In this document: positions 36,848 to 49,339 of the stretch, piece by piece
Layout: every line of letters begins with the position of its first letter
Numbering within the stretch: position 1 is the stretch's first letter
Program-made: the position numbers and the translations under genes
The notes under the pieces: model-generated
Databases searched by the model: none
Told to the model about the DNA's origin: nothing
Seen by the model: the letters and a program-made list of their open reading frames with translations, nothing else
Assembly (NCBI RefSeq): GCF_036321535.1
Contig: NC_087436.1
Location: 41,604,001 to 41,668,000, forward strand
DNA from: Camelus dromedarius
Taxonomy: Eukaryota
Length of the DNA: 64,000 nt
Reading direction: 5' to 3'

Positions 36848-36960
36848 GGGGGGAGGGTATAGCTCAAGTGGTAGAGCACATCCTTAGCATGCATGAGGTC
36901 CTGGGTTCAATCCCCAGTACCTCCTCTGAAAATAAATGAATGAATGAATGAATGAATGAA

Positions 36961-37007
<47 letters not shown>

Positions 37008-37104
37008 AATAAATTTAAAAAGTAAGTAAATAAGTAAATAAATAAATAAAGCTAATTACCTCCCCCCAAAAAACAAAATAAATAAATGCATTAAAAATAT
37101 ATAT
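36848..37104 (+). mobile_element. Full-length Vic-1-type (camelid) tRNA-derived SINE with expanded microsatellite tail and 15-bp TSD
   Basis: A box tagctcaagtgg, B box ggttcaatcc, tail (TGAA)6(TAAA)n and ctaattacctcccccc. TSD atattttgtaattag at 36834-36848 and 37105-37119. Confidence 0.93.
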
Positions 37105-37357
37105 ATATTTTGTAATTAGTAACAAATGCCAGACATGTAAATATTCTTCCCAAGGTGAGAAAATCTTTAAGTCTTTAAGGAAATGCACTACTGATTCATT
37201 TGCTTATCTTTTTGTAAATGTCTTCTATATTGGTTATTAATAACTAAATTAAAAACTAATATTTTCCTATACACTACATATTAACATGTTCCTGACAGTA
37301 GTCATATTATAAAGTGTTTTTAAAAATATTGACGATATTAAAATTATATAAATATGC

Positions 37358-38508
37358 TTTTTTAATTAAAGATAGTTGATTTAAAATGTTATGTTGGTTT
37401 CTGGTGTACAGCATAGTGATTCAGTTATATATATATATGTTATTTTCATATTCTTTTTGGTTATAGATTATTACAAGATATTGAATAGTTCCATGTGCTA
37501 TACAGTAAGACCTTGTTGCTTATCTAATTTATGTATAGTAAGTAGTATCTGCAAATCCCAAATGCCCAATTTATCCCCCTCCACCTTTCCCCTTTGGTAA
37601 CTGTAAGTTTATTTTCTGTCTGTGAGTCTGTTTCTGTTTTGTAACTTATATTCATTTGTGTCATTTTTTTAGATTCTACAAATAAGTGATATTACATGAT
37701 ATTTGTCTCTCTCTGACTTACTTGACTTAGTGTGATAATTTCTGGGTCCATCCATGTTGCTGCAAATAGCATTATTTCATTCTTATTTATGACTGAGTAA
37801 TATTCCTTTGTGTATATATATCACAACTTCTTCATCCAGTCATCTGTAGGTGAACATTTGGATTGCTTCTATGTTTGGACTGTTGTAAATGGTGCTGCTA
37901 TGAACATTGGAGTGCATGTATCTGTTGAAATTAGAGTTCTCTCAGGATATATGCCCAGGAGTGAGATTGCTAGATCATACGGTAAGTTTATTTTTAGTTT
38001 TTTAAGGCATCCCCATACCGTTTTCCATAATGGCTGCACCAAATAACATTCCCACCAGCAGTGTAAGAGAGTTCCCTTTTCTTCAGACCCTCTCCAGCAT
38101 TTATCATTAGTGGACTTTTTAATGATGGCCATTCTGACTGGTGTGAGGTGACACCTCATTATAGCTTTGATTTGCATTTCCTGATAATTAGCAATATTGA
38201 GCATCTTTTCATGTGCCTTTTGGCTATTTGTATGTCTTCATTGGAGAAATGTCTGTTTAGGTCTTCTGCCCATTTTTGGATTTCATTATTTGGTTTTTTT
38301 GGTTGTTGTTGTTATTAAAAGTTGTATGTGTTGTTTTTATATTCTGGAAATTAAGCCCTTGTAAGTTGCATCATTTGCAAATATTTTCTCCCAGTCTGTA
38401 GGTTGTCTTTTTGTTTTGTTTATGGTTTCCTTTGCTGTGCAAAATCTGGTTAAGTTAATTAGGTCCTATTTGTTTATTTTTGCTTTTATTTCTGTTGCCT
38501 TGGGAGAC
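37358..38508 (-). mobile_element. 5'-truncated L1 (artiodactyl/camelid lineage): ORF2 C-terminus plus 3' UTR
   Basis: ORF 37869..38204 = [23 protein letters not shown]…CWRG…HCWWEC…TCTPMFIAA, the L1 ORF2 C-terminal Cys-rich domain. Possible degenerate TSD aaatatg. Confidence 0.95.
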
Positions 38509-41500
38509 AAATATGGCATTTTTTTTCTTTCTTATATTTTGATACTTACATCTCTGTAACTGGGGATGAAAGAAGGCAAAAGAACTGACCCTTACTGAAC
38601 ATTGGCACAGATTTTACAGTTATAAAAAACTATTCCCATTGTAGGAAAATAGGGCTCAAGGAATTTAACTGAATCAAAATCACATTTAAGAAAATGATAA
38701 TCATTCTGAATCGTTTTCCCATCTCAGGACCCATACTCTTTCAACAACAGTACAAATGAGAAACATGCTGAGAGCACCAATGTCATGCACTTACCCAGTT
38801 TGTTCCTAGTCCTCCCTTTGCTTCTCTGATACTGGACATCCACATATATAGCCCACTATGCCTGAACACAATGTTATAACTTTCATAAGTGTTCCCTATC
38901 CATTCATTATAATAGACCTATGATTTGAAACTATTCCTTGCCTATGAATTGTATAGGTACTTGGGAAATTAAAATTGAGGATCAATGTCCACTAGTGTTC
39001 CTGGATATAGTAAGAAAGTTGAAGAAATTTAGAGATGAAAAATCTGTCTGATCTAACAACAAGATTCAGCCTTATAGTGATGGGGAAAATTGGGGTGTAG
39101 GACTAGAATATGAGTTCTTCATCTGGACAGAAGCATCAGATATTCTGAGATTATGTAGCACCAGATGTTAGCTCTGAAGAATCTATTACTGAAAACAATT
39201 ATAGCACTTCACAGATGTTTGTACACAGATGTGGGCATCACACTAACACAAATGGGTGCAATTTGTAGCGAAAAAATTTTAAAACCACTGATCAAGTGTT
39301 TATATTTTCTTATTAATGAAGCTAATCATTTCCCTCTCCATTTTTTTGGAAGCTTGAACTAAAGGTAAACAAGAATGTTTCAGGAAAAATATCTAACTAT
39401 TCTCCATATTCCCATTACCTGCTGAAAGAATATACAGAAACTTGGTAATAATTTTACATCTCTGTTTCCCTTTATTTATTCTATTTTGATTAATCATTGA
39501 AACACCTATATATTGTCATTCTCAAAATCTTCAGGTCCTAATGCAAGACTTTCTATAGTAATTATTAGCCCATTTTCTCATGCAGTATGTCTAATAAATG
39601 GTCAGACTCCAGAATTAACTTTAGAAAATAACTTCATCTAGACCTGGTGTACTGAAATACTTTACAGATACAGTGTTGAAATTTTATAGATACATTCTTA
39701 ATTTACACATATTTGGAGCACTGGATTTCACTGCTATTTCTGATTTTAAGCCCTGTTTTTGCTAATTTTTCAATATAATGCAATGCTTAAGGTGAGTTAC
39801 CTTTGTCCTGATGTTATATTGACTTCAGTGAAAGACTGTGCAACAGAATAAGACTGCACACAGAAGTTCATACTCCATTTACTGTCCTGTTTCCCTTGTC
39901 ACCTCCATGGGGTGCCATCACAACTAACTGCATGGGGTGAAAAATCTTATGTCCGCATCAAAACCATTTCAAGTTCCCTGTTACAAGCTATAAATTCCAC
40001 CTACACTGAGGTATCAGTTATTGAGCCATTGTCTGCTGGCACAACATCACAACATTTTGTGCACACAATCACATACACACACAGTCTGTATATTGGAAGC
40101 ACTAAGGTGTGATGGAGCACAGACTTGGAGTTGATCGCTCTGTCAGTAGACACACACCACGTCCTCAACATCTCCTGGGTCTTGAGGGGTAGAAAAAGCT
40201 TGCAGGAAAGGCAGTACTCCCACAGGGGTGAGAATTGCGATTTTCCCCATCCTCTGTGTAAACCTGTGGATTGGAGAATTAAGCTTATAATGTGCAAAAT
40301 TAAAAGAACAGTAGGAAGGAAAATGCATGTTTTGAAGAGAATTTTAGACTGAATGTGGGCTTATTCAATGACACGTGTAAGAAGACTGAAGTTTAATATT
40401 ATTAAAAGGAACAACAAGGTGCCTCTGATTCTATCATTGTTCAGGTTGTGAGAAAGAACAAAGAAGACACTTTCGCTTTTGAATATACTATATTTTAAAT
40501 AAATTTAGTTCCATGTGAAACTGACATTTATGACTAATAGTTATTGCAGTTAAGAATCAGAGAAAAAAGTGGGATTAGAACTGTGATTTCCAATTTTAAT
40601 CTAAAAGAAAGTCACAAAGAAAGAAGAACCATTCCTACTTAACCCATAATTTTCAAGCTGTAGGTATCAGCACTTTTGGAAGAAGCCAGATGAAGAAAAT
40701 GATAATAAACATCCAAACAGCTTTTAAAACCAAAGAACCCTGCCTCTGTGTGTGTATGTGTGCTAACATTTTAAAGTGCCAGGAGTGAAAAAGAGTAGTG
40801 AGCTTTCCTCATTCAGTTCCAGTGAATAGAATAATTAGCCATCAGTCTTACTATTAAGATGTAAATCTAGATAAATTACTTCTTCTAAAATTGCCTTTTT
40901 TCAGAATTTCTATTCTTATACTCAGAATCAAATTCCTTCTAAAAGGAATTTTGTCTTCCTTTATATTAAGTATACATATAGGTTGTGCAGTGTAGGTATA
41001 TATATGTGTAAATATATTATATATTGTATATATGGGAAATGGAATTATGCTTTTCCTCCTTTAAATTTCTGTTCAGATAATTATCTATATAGAAGTTTAG
41101 TTCATGCTTTGGGAAACATTACCCAGAAAAACAATCTTGTTTTCTAAGTTCTTTCATTACATTTATTTAGAAATGACAGATTTTGGAATGGGCTTCTCAT
41201 TTTTTACTATATATTATTATATTAAGCCATCACTACCTAACATGACTGCCAAAAAGATATGTGGATAAATTGTATAATTTTTGCAGCTGGAATTTTTGAT
41301 AAACATAATACAATTAATAACAATGTTTTAAATCCACAAAAATGTGTTCTTCTAAAACATAGGATACAAGAGCATACAAATTTAAAAATGACCATGCATG
41401 CAATGAATTACCTAATTTTATCCTCTCTTAATGTGAATCTAGCATGTTGCCTGTGTTAAAAATGTGAATAATTCAATGCTTTTCACAAGTTTCTCATAAA

Positions 41501-42899
41501 AAAGACTTTTTAAGTCTGACTTATTTCATATGTTTTAAATTTTTTTAAGCAATCAATTAAAACAATGACTGAATCTACTGAAACAATTTTATCCCTTTAC
41601 AATTATGTATATGAATTTTGTTCACTCTAACAAAATGTTCCTTTCTCATTTCCTATAGATACATTTGGAAACGACTAATTCAAAATAAGTAGAAAAACAC
41701 TTATCTAGCTTACTAATATGTTTGAGATTCAAAAGATTTGTTGAAACTACTTTGTTGGATAAAATATAGGGTCTTCAAAGAAATTTGCTGGTAGTAGCTC
41801 CATTGAAAGTAAGTTGCTTAAATGTAACTCTTAATTCAGACATTTCTTCTGGCAGCCAAGCTAACAGCCTCCTATTTTATTATGTAACCTCATAGCAGCT
41901 CTGCTGTTACAGATGAGGGCTAAATTTACCGGCTCAATTCATAGTTGTTTATAGAAACCCAAATTGTTATGATGAAGAATTAGAATAGCTTATCACCTGC
42001 CATGTGCCAGGAGTAGAGCCTTGTGGTTTTCCTATAGTCCATCTTCTGACAAACAAGTATCCATGTTGAACTTTGTAGGACAATTGGGAATTCCTTCTGC
42101 TGTCTTTATGCATGTCAAAGGCCTACCAGAGAACTGTTGTCTGAAGTTGTAAATCACTGACTAATTAATCCTAGTTTTCAGAGTAACAGTTGGTCGTCTA
42201 AGCAGATACACTTTGACCCAAATTCTTTACTTTCATAATTTTATTAGTGCATGTGGCACATGAAATAATTAAAATATAAGAAAAAATTTTATGTTTGAAG
42301 AAGTCAAATATGATTACTATCTCAGGAGAGTTTTATTCTGTTTGATCAACTCTTTCAACCTTGCGTTCCAAGGAAACTAAGATGCTATTAAAATCAAGGC
42401 AGTATTAATGATGATTTTATACACAGCACCCACAGCTTTAGGTTAGATTTAAGACAAGTCAACAGGAAATCAACTTCAAACATATATAAACTGTGCTGGC
42501 TTCTTGGAGTCTTGTAGATTTTGTTATTAAATGACTATTTAAGAAAAACCAAACAAATTTTTTTTCTGCAGTGTAACTTTATTCATCGTTTCCTTCTTCA
42601 AGGTCCTTATGGAATCATACTAGGAAAAAATTCATAAAACTTTATTAATCATTCATGTGTGTATCCGATTGGTACAGTAGTCATAGGTTACATGCATTAT
42701 AATCTAAAAAAATTGTACAGTAAGATGTAAATGACATAGTTTCTGTGAAAATATTTGTGAAATATTTTGTGTAAAAATTGATTATCAACATAGAATTATT
42801 ATTTTGTCATTTATTTTTTCTTGTTAATGTAACATCTTAATGTAATTAAGACTAGGGTTACCAACCTTTTTATAATTCTTCTTATATATCTTATATTCT

Positions 42900-43690
42900 A
42901 ATCTATCCATGTTTTCCAGTGAGAATTGCACCTACTATTTCTGTATTTTCTTACTACAATTTTCTTTGGACTCTATGCAGTTTGGCTTCTCTTGTGTTAC
43001 TTGATTAAAACTTAATTAATGCAATTATAATGCACCTCTTATTCAAATCATTATTTATTAGGATTCAATTCTCCCTTTTCTCCTTTCAGTCACGTTTGAT
43101 ATTTTAGCATGTCTTTTTAAATTTCCACCCCTCTTTGGTTTTCATGCCAAAGCAATCCCTTGGTTCTCTGTTACATCTCCAAAGACTCCTTACATGCCTC
43201 CTTCAGAGAATTTTTTGAAGAATACTATTTATATTTCTCAAACTTATTAAAACACTCTGATCTGTGCTCTTTTGTGTCTCCACTCAGTCCCCATGTGTGA
43301 ACAAGTTTTTGTTGTTTCAACTGTAGACTCCCCTCTAATTATTCCCTACTGAATAGTCTTTATACAGAAAAGCCACAATGGTTACAAATTCAATTCAAAC
43401 TTCTTACTTAAACTACAATCCCACATCACAAAGAAACATAGAAGAAAATATCTCAAATTGAACCTATTTATAAATAACATGTTTCTCTCTTTACACTTGA
43501 ATTGCCTGTAAAAACAACGGCAATTCTTTCCTAAGAATCTGTTTGTTTTAGAGGGAATATAATTTCCATTCTTCATATTTGTTATCTTAGAGGTATTTTA
43601 AAATATTTTACCTCTGTTTAACATTAATATTCAGACTTTTTAATCTTTGGTTATTTCATTGTCTTTTTTCTCCTTATAATCACCATTACC
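42900..43690 (+). mobile_element. Decayed L2 LINE ORF2 segment
   Basis: Pyrimidine-rich, with 'ctttggttttcatgcc…ttggttctc', 'gtagactccc', 'tatctcaaattgaac'. Confidence 0.6.
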
Positions 43691-45869
43691 ACAACAGTAT
43701 AATTTGAGAAATAGTTAAGAAACTAGGAATAATGATGTTAGTGCCAAGTAACATACTAAATTTAAATTTGAAGTAAAATAATTTGAAATAGAATGTATGT
43801 TAAGGTCTTGGAAACTGATAGAAAATATTAAAATTTTAAATTAAGCTAAATAATACTCCCTTAATATATATATTTTGTAAAATTGCAGTGGTCTTTAAAT
43901 CATTCCAGCTCAATTTATTTGGTTATTCTTTTTTAAAACATGAGTGAAGAGGATCTCAAAATTATGTATAATGCAATTGATTTTTTCTTGAAATAAATAG
44001 TTTGGGTGCAGATTTTTACATTCAGAAGAAATGATCTAGCTATTTAAATCTTGGATTTGTTACAATTGGTTGCTCTGTTATGTGGTCTCTCTGCAGTATT
44101 TCTACAAACATTTCCAAGAGTTTGAACCATGGTCTTTAATTGTTTTATCACAGTGGTAGAATTAAGTCTACAACAGACACATATTCCAGGTAAAAGTTAC
44201 TGAAAATGACATCTATATAGACATATTTATTAAATAAATTGAGCTGCCAGAAAAAAGAGAAAATATCTATAAACATAGGAAACAAAAAAAAAAAGTTACC
44301 CAATTAAAGAAAAGTAAGAAAACAAAAATAGAACCAGACATTTTTGCAGTATAAATATTGAAAAAGCTAGAAAGTTCTTTGGAAAATATTTAGACCTATC
44401 ATATCATTTTCAACTGTAAACATAAAGGAGAGTTTTAAATAATTTGAAGATGTGTGACTCATACATTGTTCTTGAAAAAAAATTACTTAAAGGTGTAATC
44501 CAACTGACAGAGTGAAATAATCAAAATACTTAATTAGAAAATAAGAATTGCTTTGCTAAACATATTGGTGGTGATCAGTACACCAGTTAATTTAGGATTT
44601 CCTAAATCATTAATAAGATGGACACCAGATGCAATGTGAATATCAAAAGTTGCCCTTTAAGGGGTAAATAAATAATGCAGGAAATAATATTTTATTTTAA
44701 ACTCTAGCACTAAAAGCATAAATTTTTTATTAAGATAGATAATTGGTGATGTGAAGAAAAAAATTAGGGAATTAATGTGTTAATTTTTTTATCATTCGTC
44801 ACAGATTACAGTAATAAAAAGAATATACATTAAAATACTATGAGGATTACACTAGTAAAATTCTAAATATATATAAATAAAGTACATAAAGCAATTGTTA
44901 CATCTGAGGTGTGAACTGATATTCTTGCACTCTTATTTATATATTTCTGTATTTTGAAATATTTTGAAAAGGAATACATAGCACTTTTATAATTAGAAAA
45001 CATGTTTGAAACTACAAATTTTAATAACTTGTAAGAAACTGTTATAGTAGAAATCTACTAACAGAAAGAGATTTATTTATATTTTTATATGGATTAACTT
45101 TAAGCTGAATTAATCTGGGCAAAAATCTGTGAACTACTCCACATGCTTCCCTAGAGTCCAACTACAGTGTTCAAATAATGAAGAAAAGAGGGTGAATATT
45201 TATATCAAATGAAAGAAAAACCTACAATGATAAAGTCTGTGCAATAACGCATACCTGACAAGTACTTGAAACATATACTAAAAGTCAGAGTGGCTGCTGA
45301 GAGATGGGAATCTGCTCCCTAAATTTTAAGTAAGAAAGATATTTCCCTAGAAGGAGATAATACAATAACAAAAAGTCTATTCAATGATACTTTGACTAAT
45401 TTGAGAACAAGGTCCAAGAATGGGAACAAGTAAATCAGAAAATGCTTCTAAAATATCTTCAGAATATATTCCTTCTATAAATAAAAGGGAATAAAAAATG
45501 AATCCATAAAACCTAAAAGCTTGCTATGAAAAGAAGCAGGAAGCAAGAAAAAGAGGTCATGGGAAATAAAAACAAAATTGTCTAGAAAAAAATCAATATG
45601 TGTATGGGAAAATAAAACGTAGGACAGCTACCAATACCTGTCTAATAGAAATTTCTGAAAAAGAAAAGTATATTAGTCGAATAAAGGAAATAATCAAAAT
45701 AATAATAGAGTACATTTTCACAAAGCTAAAGAAAGGCTTTGTACTTTATTTTAAAGGCCCTGTCAAATGTCAACAGACTGAATGACACACATTCTCCTAA
45801 AATTGGGGGATTCAGAGAATAGAGATAAAATCATGAAGTCTTCGAGAGTGAATGGGAAGACAGCTACAA

Positions 45870-46313
45870 GCTGACAGTGTTTGTACACATACAGTGTAGC
45901 ACACACATCTGGAGACCACGTTCTGTGTTCTCACCCCTGCCACCGCCATACCTTGCCTCATGCCTGGCTCTCTTTGCCTTAGAATTTTCTCAGCTCGTTT
46001 TTGCCCAGTTCCACAACCAGTGAATTCCACATTCAATGCCTAGCAGAAATTGAAGCATCAACTCCTTAGTCCTTCAGCCCTCACTTTGGAATCACTTTGA
46101 GGAAAATCATCTACACTGAATCCTAGGGATCTTCTGTGGGATTGGGCTTCAGTTACACACAGTGGTAATTCGCTTGATAGCAAGGCCTCCGCTGCCTTCC
46201 CTTCTTGGCATAACTTACTCCTTACCCTTCAAGTGTTTTTTAGGTTATCTGAACTCAACTATTTGGGATCAAACTCTTGCCTCAAAGGCTGCATTGAGGA
46301 AACCTCAACTAAG
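45870..46313 (+). mobile_element. LTR16-like ERVL solo LTR
   Basis: 'gtgggattgggcttcagttacacacagtggtaattcgcttgata…ccttcccttc' and end 'aaactcttgcctcaaaggctgc…ggaaacctcaactaag'. Confidence 0.7.
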
Positions 46314-47066
46314 GAAAAATGCCTATAGGCTTTGATAAGGCTTTTCATTAGTAATTTTAGAAAAAAGTAATGCCTATATAGTTCTCAAAAACAGGAAAAA
46401 CAATTTGCCACCTAAAATCCTATGCCCCATTGATTAATAAGGATTAAAATTTTAAAATTGACAACATGCAAAGAATCAGATACATTTCTTAAGTAATGAA
46501 ATATGACTGGAAGAAAAAGACCTAAAACAAGTTAAAAATATTAGAATTGAAGAATAGCCCAGATATGCATTGAAAAGAGATCCCAGGACAAGAGCCATAT
46601 ACCCACTTAAGTAAGTCAGTAGAGACTTACTTGTTTTATCAAATAAAGATGTTAGTAATTTATTCTTTTTTTCCTTTAATAACAAGATGATAGGAAATAA
46701 GTAGGAAATTCTGGTGAAAGAAGGGTTCAGCAGAAAATATGTATAAGAAAGTGAACATTTTTAAATGAAGTAAATTAAAACATTTTGATGGTTGAAAAAG
46801 TATAAGAAAATATATTGCATCTGACCTTGAAATTTGAAACAGTATGCTTAGTGACATATAATAAATCGTTCTCCATTATTAAATCAGATTACTTGGTTTA
46901 GAGAAAATGTTTATATACTAGGGAATAATCTCTGAAACTGGGAAGACTTGATCAAACTTACTGCGTACAACTGCCTTGACTATGTAAACATAACGGGGGA
47001 GCAGACAGATTAGGAGATACAAAGAGGAAGGAGAGTTTGAGGGAAGTGTAGAGGTGCTACTTTCTT

Positions 47067-47113
47067 TTTTTCTTTTTTTTGTTTTTAATTGAAGTATAGT
47101 CAATTTACAGTGT
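47067..47113 (-). mobile_element. Ultra-short L1 insertion (~27 nt of 3' end plus tail) with 12-bp TSD
   Basis: T-rich tract followed by aattgaagtatagtcaatttacagtgt, flanked by tgctactttctt at 47055-47066 and 47114-47125. Confidence 0.9.
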
Positions 47114-47434
47114 TGCTACTTTCTTAATTTTATATACTGAGTAGATAAGAAATAATGTCTGAAGTTGAATGATTAGGAAATAGAGGTCTAAATACAGTAT
47201 TTAAAAATAAAGCTAACCAATAGAAAATAAAAATTGAAAATTAAGTAATATTGGAGATTATGGGAGGAGAGATTATTTTTAACTGAACTAAATCTCACAG
47301 CCTTTTTAGTGGAAAGTTAATTAGAATTATCTGAGTCCTTATATGAATTAAGAAATCAACATCATGTTGACACAGTTAAGCAAGCAACCATGAAGTCATA
47401 CCGACTGTAAGCTTTGAAAGGTACCTCTTGTGTT

Positions 47435-47550
47435 CTTTACATAATGGGGTTAATAGTAGTAGGTACCTATTCAGCCTATGGTGAGTATTAAATGATATAA
47501 CACATTTAAAGAACTTAGATGTGCCCAGCATATAATAAGAAATCAATAAA
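47435..47550 (+). mobile_element. MIR SINE 3' half
   Basis: 'aatggggttaatagtagtaggtacct…gtgagtattaaatgatataacacatttaaagaacttagatgtgcccagcatata…tcaataaat'. Confidence 0.75.
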
Positions 47551-47564
47551 TAGGACAAATCATA

Positions 47565-47994
47565 AATTAGTTTACTAGGCTGTTGTAACAAAGTATCATA
47601 AAAACTGAATGACTTAACATCAGAAATGTGTTGTCTTATAGTTGTATAGATTAGAAGTCCAAGGTCAAGTTGTTGGCAGGGCTACATTTTCCCTGAAGGA
47701 ACTAGGGAAGGGTCTGTTCCAGGCCAGTCTCCTAAGTTCTGGTAATGCTTGGCTTGTGGAAGCACGACTTCGTTCTTGACGTGGTGCTCTCCCTGAGAAG
47801 TGTCTGTGTCGAGATTTCTCCTTTTTATAAGAATGCCAGTCATAGTTGGATTAGGGACCCATTCCAGTATGACCTCATTGTAACTCATTACATCAATAAC
47901 AACTCTATTTCCAAATAAGGTCACGTTCTAGGATACTGCAGATTAGAACTTCAACACATGAATTTGGGGAGAGGGACACAATTCAGTTCCTAAG
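47565..47994 (-). mobile_element. MLT1B/C MaLR solo LTR
   Basis: 'tagaagtccaaggtcaag', 'ggattagggacccattccagtatgacctcat', 'ctatttccaaataaggtcac', 'gggacacaattcag'. Confidence 0.9.
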
Positions 47995-48639
47995 AAATCA
48001 CTGTGAAAGAGTCACATTATTTAGAGTTTGGGTTTGAATTATCAGACAGACTAGAAACAAACAGAAAAGGACAAAAGTGACCTGGAGTTGTGGTAATGGC
48101 AGATAAAGAGATTTTACTTTTAATATTAGGCCCATTTGGATGGGTTTAAAATATAAAAATTTAAAATGTCCATCTATCCCTTCAATAACAGTAAGAAGAA
48201 TAAAATGAAAAAAATTCACTTTAAACAACTAAAGATTAATGATGATTACACTAACACAATCTGAAGATAAACACAGTCTTAAGATTTTAGCAGTGTTTTT
48301 TTTCAGTCATTGAAGTGGTTGCTTTGCAACTTGATTTGAAAATCTTGTTAATCTAAACCTTATATTACAAACTGTGGCATCCCCACAACTCATATTTTGA
48401 ATCCATAATTTATATTTTGTTTTAAATTTTGACAAATGGCTTTGAAACAAGTACCAGGATAGAAACATCAGCATTTTCTGCTTGAAAATTTGACTGAACA
48501 GTTTATTAGATAAGTTCAATTTATCTGTCAGACATGATATATATTTGTAACATAATTTTTAAATTGCAACATGGTATTTTTATCACTTACGCCAGTCAAA
48601 AGCAAGCAAAGTTTTCAAATGATCTGTGGGCTTTTCTCA

Positions 48640-48955
48640 TTATCACAGCGGCTTTCCTGACCTAAACTGTCTCCCTAATCTAAAATGGTCTCCCCTATCC
48701 ATTCCCGGATATTTTCTTTCCCATTATCCTAATTTTATTTTTTGTTTAATTTTAATTTTACATGACACTTATCACTATTTGAAATGCTGTGACATGCTTT
48801 ACTTAAGTGTCATTTACTGTCTGCCACTAAAATGTAAATGCGACGAGAGAAAGGAACTAGTTTGTCGCATTTCCTTTGGTATCCCCAGATCTCAGAGTGC
48901 ATATAGTATGTGCAAGGACATATTGTAAAACACAGTAAATAACTGTTGAACAGAT
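48640..48955 (+). mobile_element. L2 3' end
   Basis: 'tgtctgccactaaaatgtaaatg…gaaaggaac…gtatccccag…cagtaaataactgttgaa'. Confidence 0.7.
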
Positions 48956-49252
48956 AAAAGTCATGCAAAAGAAAAAAATCCTAAGGATAGTTTTAACTAA
49001 TTTTTCTTTTAGTATCTCTATATTCTTTCAATTTAAATATATTAAAGAGACAACTTAAAGAGCAATATTGTAAGAAAAGATCTTGCTTAATCTCTAATCA
49101 TATGTGGATTATTTAGGTTATTTCTATGATAATTTTAAGTGAAGTGAAATCTTTATTTGTATAAATATAAAACTTTATGTTACTTTAACTTATTAGTTTT
49201 AAGCTGATTTTTAAAAACTTTTAAAATGGTTAAGAAAAACTACCCCTAAACT

Positions 49253-49339
49253 ATTATGCTGTACACCAGAAACTGACACAACATTGTAAACTGACTCTAC
49301 TTCAAAAAAAAAAAAGAGTAGAATACACCAACAATAAAA
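49253..49339 (+). mobile_element. Micro-L1 (51-nt 3' end + A12 + extra segment) with 21-bp TSD (1 mismatch)
   Basis: attatgctgtacaccagaaactgacacaacattgtaaactgactctacttc, A12, gagtagaatacaccaacaataaaa. TSD aagaa(a/t)aactacccctaaact at 49232-49252 and 49340-49360. Confidence 0.9.

Larger units (their letters stand above)
44130..47360 (+). mobile_element. Fragmented old L1/HAL1 cluster with nested insertions
   Basis: A-rich plus strand. ORF 45600..45785 has L1 ORF1-like 'TCLIEISEKE…IIKIIIEYIFTKLK'. Confidence 0.55.

Noticed and set aside
36858..36924. tRNA gene
   Set aside because: The tRNA-like A and B boxes belong to a SINE head with an A-rich tail and TSD; it is not a standalone tRNA gene.
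37869..38204. 111-aa ORF as a functional CDS
   Set aside because: It is the C-terminal fragment of a 5'-truncated L1 ORF2.
39661..39800. Possible exon ending at aag|gtgagt (~39791)
   Set aside because: Very AT-rich, with no convincing reading frame or protein similarity.
40930..40951. 9-bp inverted repeat aaattcctt/aaggaattt
   Set aside because: Expected by chance in 64 kb of AT-rich DNA.
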